The notes below the pieces were generated by a model that was not told the DNA's origin, searched no databases, and saw only the letters and a program-made list of their open reading frames with translations. 64,000 nt of DNA from a virus: positions 1 through 64,000 of the IMG/VR virus record IMGVR_UViG_3300008448_000038, one strand, 5' to 3'. Positions 27,443-38,651 of this stretch are shown piece by piece. Positions within the stretch are counted from its first letter, which is position 1, and each line of letters opens with the position of its first letter. Position numbers and translations under genes: made by a program.

Positions 27443-30400
27443 TTCATTTTATAACGATTGCATTAAAAAGAACACGATAGCGTTTGCTTCGTTATTTAAC
27501 AATATTTACGTCAATAGAGAAGATGCATCAGATTCTAAAAAAATCAAAGTGCCACTTGTTTATGGAGGCAAAGAAAAGTATGTAAGCCGTCTTCAGAATC
27601 CTTCTAGTATTTCTGAAAAAGATAAGCTTCAAATAACTCTACCCATGATGAGTTTTGATATGTCTAATCTGCAATATGATACGCAGAGACATAGAAATAA
27701 ACTTGAATTTAATAAATTATTTTATCAGGAAGATGGAGAGACAAAGGCTAAGGTAAAAATTGGTGAATATCCCTGCCTTATGCAATTTAATCTTGCGATT
27801 TATACTCGTAACATTGAAGAAAACTTTCAAATCATTGAGCAGATTGCGCCATACTTTACTCCAGAATACATTCTTACTCTAGATTTTGATAAGACTTTGA
27901 CTAGAGGTATTGATGTTCCGATTAATCTAGTTGCATCAAAGATCGGAAATGACTACGAAGGTGGATTCGGTAATCGTAGAGCCGTAGTTAGTACTCTACA
28001 ATTTGTTATGCGTACCTATTTGTTCGGCCCTGAGCGAGAAGCGACTCCTATTCTCACAACGGATTTTAATCTCAACACTCAGGATAGCTTTTTGCAATTC
28101 ATCACAGATGTTCAAGTCAACGATGATTTGTATCTCAATAACCAATCAATAACTGTAACTTGGAGACAGGGTGGAATATTCCCAAGAAATCCAACTATAG
28201 TTATTACAAATCTTTCCAATTATACTGAAGAAATTATTTATGATCCAGAATCCTTTGATGTAGGTGATGGAACAAATAGTGTTACATTTGCAATTCCAGC
28301 TTCAGCTCCATTGCTACAGCAACTTTATGTTAGAATATTTTTTGGAACAGTGTCAGACAATTCAACAGCGTTTGAAGTAAGATCAGCTGCTGGAAATATT
28401 TCTTTACTAAGATTGGCTAATTTTGCCGGAACATCATTTAATGATTTGATGTCTTCTAATCATTACTATTTTACTCAGAGTGGTGTAACACAATTTAATC
28501 GGGGTGATAATCTTGTCTTGGCTTATAATTATGGCTCATATGGTGATCTTAACATTAAAACACCCGGATTACTTGAATATTATCGTGCATTTGGTTTAAC
28601 ATTCAGAGCAAATACAATTGACAATCCACAAATTCCATTTGGTAGTGTCATACACAATGGTATGTGGGCTGGCATAAGTTATGACCAGAATAGAGTTTTA
28701 CCCTGTTTACCAATTTATATGCGCCCCGGAGGAAATGTAAATTTATATGCAAATCAAGGTGATGGTGTTTTCGGCACAACACAAGGCACATTGGCGAATA
28801 GAAGAACTAGTGAAGATATGTTCCAAGCAACATATGGTTCGCAGGCTTATTACATCAATGGATTTTGGGGATGGAATGGTACAACAAGTATTATAAGTAT
28901 TGGATCATATCCATCAGCGGGTATTACAATCGAAGCAGGATATAGCGGATATATTGTAGATAAAAATAATCAAAATAGATATCCAGATACAGGTAAATAT
29001 TCAACAGGCGTTACCCACTCTCAAGCTCAACCATCAATAAGAACGCTTTTTGATCCAACATTTACTCAGAAATTATATCCATCTAGAGGAGCTACTGGAT
29101 TAAGATCATGGGTTATTACTGCGTTTGGTAGTAACAACCCAGCCGCAATGTTATTTGATTCTGGTATTTTTGCTGGATCAACACTACCAAACTACCCACC
29201 GTATAGTGGTATTGATTATCTTGATTCGTTTGATAAGATGCGTTTGCCAATTTATATGGATTGTTATAATTTAGTCCATAATGGTAATACATTTTTAGTA
29301 CCTTCTCCGTTTACTCCAAATCTTGTTACTGATATGTTAGGTTTTACTGCTTATGCCGCAACGGGATTTACTGGAAGAGAAAATTATGCTGGTAAATTCG
29401 GAACTACTTATGTTGGTGGATGGAATAAATTATTCGATTTTGTTTATGCTGGAAAAAACATTAATGGAGTTACTTTTGTTCCACCTACTCCATGTGTAGA
29501 TATTATTTTTAATGATCATGAATTGCGGTGGGGATTGGGTTTAGGAACAGATTCTTTATTATTGTGGAAATTAATGTTGTTAGTTGATGGATTAACAACT
29601 GCATGGATTAATAAAGTAAAACAAGATCAATTCTGGCCGCAGCTTGAAGCAAAATATGCAGAATATCCGGGATTATCTTTTGATCGTATTTTTGATGGAA
29701 TGAAAAATGCATTTCTTTATGCTACCAGTGGTCCACTAAGTAAAAAAGGAATTCATGGAGGAATTCAATTTCCAATAGACGCATTACCATTACAAGAATT
29801 TTATGATAATGAATTTAAGAAATATTGGGGTGGTTTGCAAGAAACAACCGAACGCAGAAGTCCCGGATGTAAGTTTGCTCCTGTGCATGTTAATAGACTT
29901 CCAAGAGTAAAATCTACTGGTAGATTCCATGATGTTACTGCTCAAAGCTTTTCACAAGGAGTGACTTTACCATATGAATTGATATATCACTATCCTTACG
30001 GTTCTCCATATACTTATACTGATTTTCAAGCTAGGTATAGAAGAACTGGATATGCACCTACACCAGTAAACGCTATTACTTTTGCATTTGTGGAAAACGC
30101 AATTATACCTCAAAATAATCCTACTCTTGCACAGGTAAATAATGCGTCTAACAAATTAGTTCCTTGGTTTACATCAGAAAATCTCGGTCAGACGGGAACT
30201 ACTTTTATCTGTGGTATTTCATACAATCCACAATATTTCGAAACAAGCAATTCAGTTCCTACAATTGGGGATGGAACATTAGTAACATTCTTTGGCGAGT
30301 ATTATGATCCTACTCAAAGACCATTTGCGGGTACAAGACTATCCGAAAAATATGAGCCATTCCTCGCTATGAAGGATGAATCTAGAATTATTCGTGGAAT

Positions 30401-31490
30401 TATAGAAGAAAATATGAACCATGGAGTTTCTGGAATTTTTATTTATAACAATATCCAATTCAACAGAGTTTCATATCACATTCCTCACGGTTATGAGAAT
30501 AGTTGGTTTATGGATTTTATTCCATCTTCTGCTAATAATAATGCTGAAGGATTTACTTATACAGATCCAGCAATATTTTCAAAAACAAATTTTACAGCTA
30601 ATCCAAGAACAAATCCAAATTATCAACCAATTAATTTTTATCACTCATATAATGAAAATATCTTTATATCGAAATTATTGACCAATTTACCCCTTAACAT
30701 CCTCAATCAATCAGTTATTTTCCAAGGACCTATAACAAATGAAAATGATGGAAGTGCTGGTTACTATGGAATTCATCCTAAAACATGGAATAATTTCAAG
30801 TATAATGATGAAATACTTTTGAATCATATTTTGTGGGACATGGAAGTAGCAACTCATGGAAGAACATATGAATATCTTTCAAGTTCAGACGATATAAACA
30901 TTGCAGAGAGTTTACGGGTTGAAGTCGGAGGATTTAATATATCTAAATTGAATCCAGCACTATTAAGCAAAGTAAGATTGTTAGCTACAAACGCATCAGA
31001 CCAAAATCTTATATTGCATAGAATAACCCTACCAATCCCATATATTTTAACTTCTGATTATGGAAGACCAGATCAAGACACTTATTATGATAATTGGTAT
31101 AATAATCATTTTGCCGAGAATGTTTTGGCAACAAGCGTTGATCCTCAAACAGGTAATACCCTTGATAATATCAACCTTATAACCACGGGAAATAGAGATT
31201 TGGATTTTTATACTAAATCAGTAGTAACTGAAAGTAATGGAACCCACTCATGGAGAACTTTAAGAACAAATCCAAATATTAGAAGATTTAGTGTAAATGT
31301 TTTTGCTGGCAATACACTGGTAGGCAATTTAATTCCAAGTAAATATTACCCCATGGGAGTTTGGCTAATAACAGATGAAGTTTCTATTCTCGCTGATGGA
31401 ACCACATTCAACAATTACAATTTACGTTTTGAATATCAAGATGCTGGTCCAATGGCAGATGGAATTACTACTGCACCTTATAGAACATGA
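27435..31490 (+). CDS. 15: Tail terminator/sheath stabiliser gp15 fused to about 1130 aa of extra domains
   Basis: N-terminal ~215 aa: FASLFNNI, KVPLVYG.KEK, LPMMSF, QIIEQIAPYFTP, YEG.F..RR, F.MRTYLFGP; then an Ig-like segment and a long unknown region. Confidence 0.85.
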   Translation: MFDSFYNDCIKKNTIAFASLFNNIYVNREDASDSKKIKVPLVYGGKEKYVSRLQNPSSISEKDKLQITLPMMSFDMSNLQYDTQRHRNKLEFNKLFYQEDGETKAKVKIGEYPCLMQFNLAIYTRNIEENFQIIEQIAPYFTPEYILTLDFDKTLTRGIDVPINLVASKIGNDYEGGFGNRRAVVSTLQFVMRTYLFGPEREATPILTTDFNLNTQDSFLQFITDVQVNDDLYLNNQSITVTWRQGGIFPRNPTIVITNLSNYTEEIIYDPESFDVGDGTNSVTFAIPASAPLLQQLYVRIFFGTVSDNSTAFEVRSAAGNISLLRLANFAGTSFNDLMSSNHYYFTQSGVTQFNRGDNLVLAYNYGSYGDLNIKTPGLLEYYRAFGLTFRANTIDNPQIPFGSVIHNGMWAGISYDQNRVLPCLPIYMRPGGNVNLYANQGDGVFGTTQGTLANRRTSEDMFQATYGSQAYYINGFWGWNGTTSIISIGSYPSAGITIEAGYSGYIVDKNNQNRYPDTGKYSTGVTHSQAQPSIRTLFDPTFTQKLYPSRGATGLRSWVITAFGSNNPAAMLFDSGIFAGSTLPNYPPYSGIDYLDSFDKMRLPIYMDCYNLVHNGNTFLVPSPFTPNLVTDMLGFTAYAATGFTGRENYAGKFGTTYVGGWNKLFDFVYAGKNINGVTFVPPTPCVDIIFNDHELRWGLGLGTDSLLLWKLMLLVDGLTTAWINKVKQDQFWPQLEAKYAEYPGLSFDRIFDGMKNAFLYATSGPLSKKGIHGGIQFPIDALPLQEFYDNEFKKYWGGLQETTERRSPGCKFAPVHVNRLPRVKSTGRFHDVTAQSFSQGVTLPYELIYHYPYGSPYTYTDFQARYRRTGYAPTPVNAITFAFVENAIIPQNNPTLAQVNNASNKLVPWFTSENLGQTGTTFICGISYNPQYFETSNSVPTIGDGTLVTFFGEYYDPTQRPFAGTRLSEKYEPFLAMKDESRIIRGIIEENMNHGVSGIFIYNNIQFNRVSYHIPHGYENSWFMDFIPSSANNNAEGFTYTDPAIFSKTNFTANPRTNPNYQPINFYHSYNENIFISKLLTNLPLNILNQSVIFQGPITNENDGSAGYYGIHPKTWNNFKYNDEILLNHILWDMEVATHGRTYEYLSSSDDINIAESLRVEVGGFNISKLNPALLSKVRLLATNASDQNLILHRITLPIPYILTSDYGRPDQDTYYDNWYNNHFAENVLATSVDPQTGNTLDNINLITTGNRDLDFYTKSVVTESNGTHSWRTLRTNPNIRRFSVNVFAGNTLVGNLIPSKYYPMGVWLITDEVSILADGTTFNNYNLRFEYQDAGPMADGITTAPYRT

Positions 31491-33124
31491 GCAAAAAACA
31501 TAAAGGTTATCTGGGTAATTCGAACCTCAAAGAGGCCGGAATCCATATTGATTATACCCCCGAGCAAGTTCAGGAGTATATTAAATGTGCCAAAGATCCC
31601 ATTTATTTCATCAAGAATTATATCAAAATTGTCTCTCTTGATAAGGGTTTAGTGCCTTTTAATCTTTATGATTATCAGGAAGATATCGTTCAAAAAATGC
31701 ATGATAACAGATTTATCATCGCAAAACTTCCTCGCCAGTCGGGTAAGTCTACCACAATGGTATCATACATTCTACATTATATTCTGTTCAATCAGAGTAT
31801 GAATGTAGCTATTCTAGCCAATAAAGGATCTACTGCCAGAGAAATTTTAAGCAGACTTCAATTGGCATATGAATATCTTCCTAAATGGTTGCAGCAGGGC
31901 GTGGTGGAATGGAATAAAGGATCGTTAAAGTTAGAAAACGGATCTAAAATTATCGCATCAACTACCTCAGCCTCCGCGATTCGTGGTGGATCATTTAACA
32001 TGATCTTTTTGGACGAATTTGCTCACGTTCCAAATAATGTTGCCGAAGAATTCTTTAGTTCAGTATTCCCAACCGTAACATCAGGCCAAACAACAAAGGT
32101 ATTGATGGTTAGTACTCCAAACGGTATGAACATGTTCTACCACTTCTGGAAGAATGCTATTAAGAAGGACGGGGAGCCGGGTAAGAACGAATATGTGCCC
32201 ATTGAGGTCAACTGGAGGCAGATACCCCTGTATCCGGGTGGACCCATGAGAGGGGCTGAATGGCGGCAGCAAATGATCGATCAGACTAGCGAGATGCAGT
32301 TTGAAAGTGAATTTGAATGCTCATTCTTGGGTTCTTCAAATACCCTTATCTCGACATATAAACTCAATACGCTAGTTTATAATCAGCCATACGAACGCAG
32401 ACCCGGGGGATTGAGTATTTACAAGCCACCAAATGAGGATGGAATTTACTTCTGCGTAGTAGATACTTCTAGAGGTCAGGGACATGACTATAGCGCATTT
32501 GTAATCATTGACGGAAACACAAAGCCGTTTGAGGTAGTAGCGGTCTATAGAAACAATGTCATCTCCCCATTTGACTTTCCCATTGAGGTCTATAATGCCT
32601 GCACAGAGTATGGCAATGCCCATTGCTTGGTCGAAATCAACGATGTTGGTTCCCAAGTAACTGAGATTTTACATAGAGATTATGAGTATGAAAATTTGAT
32701 TTCGACTCAATACATGGGTAGGGCTGGTCAAAAAATTTCATTAGGATTCGGTAGGGGTCAAAAGCAATTTGGTGTTAGAACCAGCACTGCTCTTAAAAAG
32801 ATCGGGTGTGCTGCCCTCAAGAATCTAGTTGAATGCGATAAACTGGTATTTTTTGATCAGGACATGGTTTCTGAGCTTTATACTTTTATTTCAAAGGCAA
32901 ATTCTTATCAGGCTGATGATGGCTATAACGATGACTTAGTTATGTGCTTAGTATTATTTGGTTGGCTTACTAGACAAGTTTACTTTGAAGATTTGCTGGA
33001 TTTAAAGAATAAGAAAATAATAAATACAGATGAACAACAACAAGAAAATCATATGTTCGTTGCAGATATGGATGACAGGGAAGAGATGAAATTTGGTGGC
33101 GACTTATGGTTTGAGGTAAAATAA
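31487..33124 (+). CDS. 17: Terminase large subunit gp17
   Basis: YLGNSNLK, Walker A PRQSGKS, IFLDEFA, STPNG, DTSRG...DYSA, DDLVM. Confidence 0.98.
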   Translation: MSKKHKGYLGNSNLKEAGIHIDYTPEQVQEYIKCAKDPIYFIKNYIKIVSLDKGLVPFNLYDYQEDIVQKMHDNRFIIAKLPRQSGKSTTMVSYILHYILFNQSMNVAILANKGSTAREILSRLQLAYEYLPKWLQQGVVEWNKGSLKLENGSKIIASTTSASAIRGGSFNMIFLDEFAHVPNNVAEEFFSSVFPTVTSGQTTKVLMVSTPNGMNMFYHFWKNAIKKDGEPGKNEYVPIEVNWRQIPLYPGGPMRGAEWRQQMIDQTSEMQFESEFECSFLGSSNTLISTYKLNTLVYNQPYERRPGGLSIYKPPNEDGIYFCVVDTSRGQGHDYSAFVIIDGNTKPFEVVAVYRNNVISPFDFPIEVYNACTEYGNAHCLVEINDVGSQVTEILHRDYEYENLISTQYMGRAGQKISLGFGRGQKQFGVRTSTALKKIGCAALKNLVECDKLVFFDQDMVSELYTFISKANSYQADDGYNDDLVMCLVLFGWLTRQVYFEDLLDLKNKKIINTDEQQQENHMFVADMDDREEMKFGGDLWFEVK

Positions 33125-36100
33125 ATGGCTGAATTAACACACTCTCATAATATTAGCGGAACTCTTATAGGCCTGACTCCCGGAAGTGCCCCTTTAACTG
33201 TCGGTTTAACCTTTTCTGTTGATGGTGTGTCTTTTTCTTCAGTTATTTTTGACATTCTTATCTCAAATGCCACGTTTGATTTTTCTATTCCTTACACTTC
33301 TATTGATGATTTAAGGGCAGATAATGTTTCTTCAGAATTTGTGGTAGCAAATAATTCAAATGGACTTGTTGTCAGTAATACTGGTACTACATGGAACCAT
33401 TTTATTGGAATTACATTATTTTCACCTCAATCAAATGTATTTAATGGTGGACTTGCCAATCAAATACTTAATCAAGATTTACATTATCGATCAAGAAATA
33501 CATTTACTTTAAAATATGGAGCATTTGGTCAAACTGGATCTGGTGCAATAGGTGAAGTAGCATCATCAACTAGGGGCGAAACGCTTTCATTTAGACCATT
33601 TAATATTGTTTCGGCTACAAATGGAGTTGCAGGATCCACCCTCGGATTAACTTTAGAATCTGCTAATATTCAAAGATATTATGTTGGTATAGGAACTGGA
33701 GCAACTTTTTATGGTATTGTTTCATTACTTGGGTGTACTAATAATATTTCTTTAAATTCTTCTAATTTAACATCTACACAAATTTCAGAAATAAATGCTG
33801 ATTATTTAGATCCTAATATTTCTGGAAGCGATGCAAAATTTAATACTCTTCGAAGAATCGTTGATACTTCTGGTGCAACAATATTCAATACTTCTTTTAC
33901 AGAATTTGTAGTTCCAAAACATATTCCGACTGGAAGTTATTATTTAATGCCAATTCCAAATTCATTTTTTGGATTACCAGTATTTTCTTCTGATGAACCC
34001 CTTACTAATGTTTCGGCAAATTTAATTACTTTACCACAAACAAATATTAATATTACAAATAATATTTCTTCTGGGTTAACTGGAGTTTATAGTTTATCTT
34101 CCGGTGTGACCCATTTTACAAATCCGTTTTCATCAAGAGTACCTATTTTATCTAAAGGCTTTTCTAATGTAGATTTTGCCGATAAAACTTTATCGGTTTT
34201 TGATCCAATAACATTTAATTTGGTAGCAACACCATATGGTATTACGAACAATTTAACAGGAAATACATTTCACAAATTAGATTATGGTTTTAACACTAGA
34301 GGTACAACATTATATGGAGGTGGTGCTGTTAGTAATATTTCATTCATACCACCATTATTTGGGTTTATTCCTCTGGGATTAACAGTTGGAAACACTTTAA
34401 CTGTATTATTAGATGGTGTAACTTTTTACGAAAAAGTTTATAATCCATACAATATTATTTTTAATACAGATACTGTGGCTCATTTTTATACAACTGATTC
34501 ACAAATAGCTACCAATAAAAGATTTTTTAGATTAATAAACGAATCTGGTGATTTATCTGCTAGAAGAAATTTAAATCATATCAACAGAGCTTTTTATAGA
34601 GTAGATTTTAATACTCATTCCAACCCGTGGGGATTTACCGGATTTACTTTTGGTCAGGGATCTACACAAAGTGAATTAAAAGTATTTTATGGCAATCCAG
34701 CAAATGGTATATCATTTATTTTACCAATAAATACAGGTTCTCCCGCAGATTTTTATTCATTGACCGGAGATGACGTTTTTATTCCAATTCAGGGTACCGC
34801 TAGCGGGTCTACGCTAGTGCCCGGAAATTCTGTTGAAATACACTATCAAAATAGACCACTTGGATATTTAGAAAAATTAAATTTATATGATGCATCTGGT
34901 AATTTTGCTTTAGGAATTACTATTGCTGATAACAGAACATTTATTCCTAGAAATACAACTGAAATAGGATTTATAAGAAAAACTTTTGATCAATCAAATA
35001 TTGAAACCTTTGTTGTTCCAAATTTAAATAGTGTTGGATCTACAGGAACTGCAAGAATTTCATTTACAAGAGGGGATGGTATAAGTTTTGAATTTGGCTC
35101 AACTCCGATTACAACTCCATTTAGAACATTTTCACCTATTCATACAGTAGGAAATATTTCTGGACTGACGTTAATAGCAACTGGTGTCACACAACAACAA
35201 GGCAATCCAGTAAACTTTACGAGATTTATTGCTCCCGCTGTTGATTTAATGAGAATAACTGTAAATCACGGTCTAACAAATCTTGAGTCTGGAATAGTTG
35301 GAAGAAATAATATCCATAGCAGATATTATATGCAATCAAACGTAGATAATTTTTTACCAGATGGTACGTTCTATACAGGCTATCTGAGTTTTATAATTGA
35401 TTCTGTTGGTCCAGAAAATGTTGTAAATAATAGTATTAATGTTACAAATCGAACTTTACGCTCTTTTAGAGAATCGGCTTTAGAACGTGCTAATACTTTA
35501 AATACTATAAATGGTATTTCTTTAAGTATTCCTTTGAGGAATTTTGAAGGAGTTATTACTGAAGGTTGGCCATTCGATACAATTGAGGGTAATAGTTCAT
35601 TAACTCAATTGATGAACTATTTTAATGGTCCCCCCTTGACCGAGGCTCAATTATCAGCAGTTTTTGACGACTTTAACTATCCTCAATATGATACTGGTTT
35701 TACACTTATGTTTGATCAGGGTGACAATCCACCAGAGACTTTCAATGGGGGAGAATGGGTTCTTGCTAATCCCGGATCGTTTTTAAGATATTCCGGCGGT
35801 AGTACCTTCTTCCCATCAACCGCATTTAGTTTTGCCGATACTACAATTAGTTTCCCTCATTATATTTTCTATGATTATAGAATTACAGGTGTAACGTTAT
35901 CATCAACATCTTCAATACAAGCACAGCAATCACTAACAACGACAATAACTGTAAAAGATTTGCCACACTCATCAATTTTTGATGGGTTACGATTATCGGT
36001 TCTAAATGGGGCTTCTGAACTATTTACCAAAAATTTATTATACTCAACTTCTAGTACCAATGACTATAGAATACCGGGTTACTCAGGTCTGGGTATTACA

Positions 36101-37507
36101 AATTATGCTGCTTATTATACAGCCACTCCAAGAGCCATAACTAGTATTTTTGTTGGTAGTGGATCGACATTAGGTGGAATAACAATAACACCCCCAACAA
36201 CTGGATGGCCTGCGTCCGCAACTCTTACTGTAAGAGTAAGCCCAATATTTAAATCATTCATTAATATAACAAGTGATTTAGATACATTGAGAACTAATTC
36301 TTATGTTAGAGAGACATCTTTTACCACTGCCGCTCAAACAACAACAGGTGGCGGTGGTGGTGGATCATCTAGCGGTTCAGTAAGCGTATCCGAATCTGTG
36401 GTTACTGGAGTAGCATTTACCTCGACTGAAAATGATTTCTATGCTGGATTCCTATGCGGAACAACTGCATATAACATTATCACTAACAACAGCACTGCTT
36501 CATATTCAGTACTCACAAGCAGCAGCACAGCCTACGCGAATGCTAAAGCTGCGTTTGATGCTGGGACATTGACAGCAAATACTTCAACAGATGTCGAAAT
36601 TCATTCTCTTCTTAACTTCATGGATTACGGCGGAAACATCATTGTCTCCCCAACTATCGATGGACTGTTGGGAAGCAACTACGAATATGACATTGTATTC
36701 ACCGAAGATAACAAGAGATATGGCGAATTGATGCGTATCGGTTCCGAAAAGAACCACGCAATTGTTATTGTCGGTACATCTCTTGAGGAGGACGCAGCCT
36801 CGTTTGCAGCTCCAGCCTATACGAATCTAAATTCCGCAGGGCTTGTTGATGGATTGACCTATATGACAACTGCAAATAAGGGTGAATATGTGTTCTCAGT
36901 ACTTGGCTACAAGAATAGAACTCGCTTCTATGGCTCTGGAACTGAGACTGTTCGCTTGTATCTCTCGTCAGATGTTGCAGGCGCATATGCTCGCTCATAC
37001 GTCGAGAATAAGTACCATCTGTCAAGCTCTGGTTCGGCAAGAGGTGGAATTAGAACATATTCAAACATCACTCCAACTATAGTAGATCGTGATCTCTCTG
37101 GTTATTACACCAGAGGAATAAATCCAATCTACATCCCAAGCGGTACAAATAGAGCCGCAATTTGGGGAGATGCTACTGGTATAACTACAGGAAATGAAGT
37201 GTATAGAAAGTCAGCTTCTGTCTCTAAGAACACTAGCACAATCAAGAAAGAATTTAAGAAGATCTTTGAGGACTTCCAATTCGAACAAAATAATGCTGGT
37301 ACAAGAGCACAGTTTGTTTCAAGAGCAACTACTGTTCTTGATAAGTTACAATCAATCGGAGGCCTTGCTTCTTATATCCTAATTTGTAACGAAACAAACA
37401 ATACTCCATCTGTAGTTGCTCAGAAGAGATTGGTTGTTGACTTGACAATAGTACCAAATAATTCGATTGAATCAATAGTGTTGAATTTCGTTCTTAATCA
37501 AATCTAA
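33125..37507 (+). CDS. 18: Tail sheath paralog 1 with a ~1080-aa N-terminal extension
   Basis: C-terminal ~370 aa: SDVAG, RGGI, GINPI, WGD.T, FEQNNAGTR, LICNETNNTP; Gly/Ser linker TGGGGGGSSSG before it. Confidence 0.85.
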   Translation: MAELTHSHNISGTLIGLTPGSAPLTVGLTFSVDGVSFSSVIFDILISNATFDFSIPYTSIDDLRADNVSSEFVVANNSNGLVVSNTGTTWNHFIGITLFSPQSNVFNGGLANQILNQDLHYRSRNTFTLKYGAFGQTGSGAIGEVASSTRGETLSFRPFNIVSATNGVAGSTLGLTLESANIQRYYVGIGTGATFYGIVSLLGCTNNISLNSSNLTSTQISEINADYLDPNISGSDAKFNTLRRIVDTSGATIFNTSFTEFVVPKHIPTGSYYLMPIPNSFFGLPVFSSDEPLTNVSANLITLPQTNINITNNISSGLTGVYSLSSGVTHFTNPFSSRVPILSKGFSNVDFADKTLSVFDPITFNLVATPYGITNNLTGNTFHKLDYGFNTRGTTLYGGGAVSNISFIPPLFGFIPLGLTVGNTLTVLLDGVTFYEKVYNPYNIIFNTDTVAHFYTTDSQIATNKRFFRLINESGDLSARRNLNHINRAFYRVDFNTHSNPWGFTGFTFGQGSTQSELKVFYGNPANGISFILPINTGSPADFYSLTGDDVFIPIQGTASGSTLVPGNSVEIHYQNRPLGYLEKLNLYDASGNFALGITIADNRTFIPRNTTEIGFIRKTFDQSNIETFVVPNLNSVGSTGTARISFTRGDGISFEFGSTPITTPFRTFSPIHTVGNISGLTLIATGVTQQQGNPVNFTRFIAPAVDLMRITVNHGLTNLESGIVGRNNIHSRYYMQSNVDNFLPDGTFYTGYLSFIIDSVGPENVVNNSINVTNRTLRSFRESALERANTLNTINGISLSIPLRNFEGVITEGWPFDTIEGNSSLTQLMNYFNGPPLTEAQLSAVFDDFNYPQYDTGFTLMFDQGDNPPETFNGGEWVLANPGSFLRYSGGSTFFPSTAFSFADTTISFPHYIFYDYRITGVTLSSTSSIQAQQSLTTTITVKDLPHSSIFDGLRLSVLNGASELFTKNLLYSTSSTNDYRIPGYSGLGITNYAAYYTATPRAITSIFVGSGSTLGGITITPPTTGWPASATLTVRVSPIFKSFINITSDLDTLRTNSYVRETSFTTAAQTTTGGGGGGSSSGSVSVSESVVTGVAFTSTENDFYAGFLCGTTAYNIITNNSTASYSVLTSSSTAYANAKAAFDAGTLTANTSTDVEIHSLLNFMDYGGNIIVSPTIDGLLGSNYEYDIVFTEDNKRYGELMRIGSEKNHAIVIVGTSLEEDAASFAAPAYTNLNSAGLVDGLTYMTTANKGEYVFSVLGYKNRTRFYGSGTETVRLYLSSDVAGAYARSYVENKYHLSSSGSARGGIRTYSNITPTIVDRDLSGYYTRGINPIYIPSGTNRAAIWGDATGITTGNEVYRKSASVSKNTSTIKKEFKKIFEDFQFEQNNAGTRAQFVSRATTVLDKLQSIGGLASYILICNETNNTPSVVAQKRLVVDLTIVPNNSIESIVLNFVLNQI

Positions 37508-37513
37508 TAAATA
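37508..37513 (+). promoter_or_regulatory. Late promoter box TAAATA (sheath paralog 2)
   Basis: AATAAATA-GTAT-ATG. Confidence 0.6.
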
Positions 37514-37517
37514 GTAT

Positions 37518-38651
37518 ATGCCGATTACCACAACCACACAATCAAACACATTTAACATAACCCCAGTGTCTGCCACAGATCACTACACTGGGTTTTTGTG
37601 CTCCGCATCGACATATAATTTATTAGGAACAACTACTGATTCATTTACAAATCTTGAAACCATTTCTGATTCAATTTCCACTTTGGCTGAAAGAACAAGC
37701 TACACCAGTATTGTAACAAACAGCCTCGTTGATAAAGAAATTCATTCAATTTTTAATTGCATGGAATATGGTGGTAAAATGGTTATTGCGGGAACCACCG
37801 CAGGGCTTGCTTTATCATCAGCCAAGATTTCAGAAGTCATTACAGAAGATTCTTCTAGATATTCAGATGTTATAAGTGTTGCAAAGGCACGACTTAACTG
37901 CAATGCTATTATTGGATCTGATAGAGATCAATCTGGAGATTATACGAATCCAGATCAAGCCGCAATCATATCATCAGTTACAACTCAATTAGGAGCTACT
38001 GGTACAACTGCAATTTCTTATCTTGCAGCCACAATAATTGGCTATAAGGAAAGACCAAGATTCTATACAGGCAGTTCATCATCTACAAGTGCCATTACAA
38101 TCTTCCTTGTATCTGATGCTGCCGGAGCGAACGCAAGAGCTTCTGCTCAATCAAAACCTTATCTCACTTCTGCTGGTGTTTATAGAGGCGAGCTTTTAAA
38201 TTATACAAACGTAACTCCTAAGCTGTCATTTACATCATCGACTACACTGGCTTCAAGAGGAATAAATTATTTTAATTATCTTCAATCAAAGGGTAAATAT
38301 TACCTTTGGGGAGATGAAACTGGATTCCGAGATAGCACAAGCGCAAAGAGTTCCTACGGATTCTCAAGGGCATTCCTTTATATTAATCGTGAAGTTACAT
38401 CTATCTTGGATGATTATGTCTTTGAATTCAATGATGCTACCACTAGATCCGCCATCAAATCAAAAATGCAAAATATTCTTGATCCTATGGTTTCTAACGG
38501 ATCCTTGGTTAGCTACACTTTAATTTGCGACGAGACTAATAATCCTCAAACAGTGATCAATCAGAGACAGCTAAAGGTAGATCTAACAATAGTACCAAAT
38601 CTACCAGTTAAGAGTATTACTCTAAGCTTCAGCATATCTCTGTTGTCATGA
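37518..38651 (+). CDS. 18: Tail sheath paralog 2 (minimal)
   Basis: SDAAG, AGVYRG, GINY, WGD.T, FEFND..TR, LICDETNNP. Confidence 0.88.
   Translation: MPITTTTQSNTFNITPVSATDHYTGFLCSASTYNLLGTTTDSFTNLETISDSISTLAERTSYTSIVTNSLVDKEIHSIFNCMEYGGKMVIAGTTAGLALSSAKISEVITEDSSRYSDVISVAKARLNCNAIIGSDRDQSGDYTNPDQAAIISSVTTQLGATGTTAISYLAATIIGYKERPRFYTGSSSSTSAITIFLVSDAAGANARASAQSKPYLTSAGVYRGELLNYTNVTPKLSFTSSTTLASRGINYFNYLQSKGKYYLWGDETGFRDSTSAKSSYGFSRAFLYINREVTSILDDYVFEFNDATTRSAIKSKMQNILDPMVSNGSLVSYTLICDETNNPQTVINQRQLKVDLTIVPNLPVKSITLSFSISLLS

Noticed and set aside
33125-36400. Collagen triple helix as the explanation of GxT motifs
   Set aside because: Motifs are dispersed, with at most two adjacent triplets and no (G-X-Y)n run
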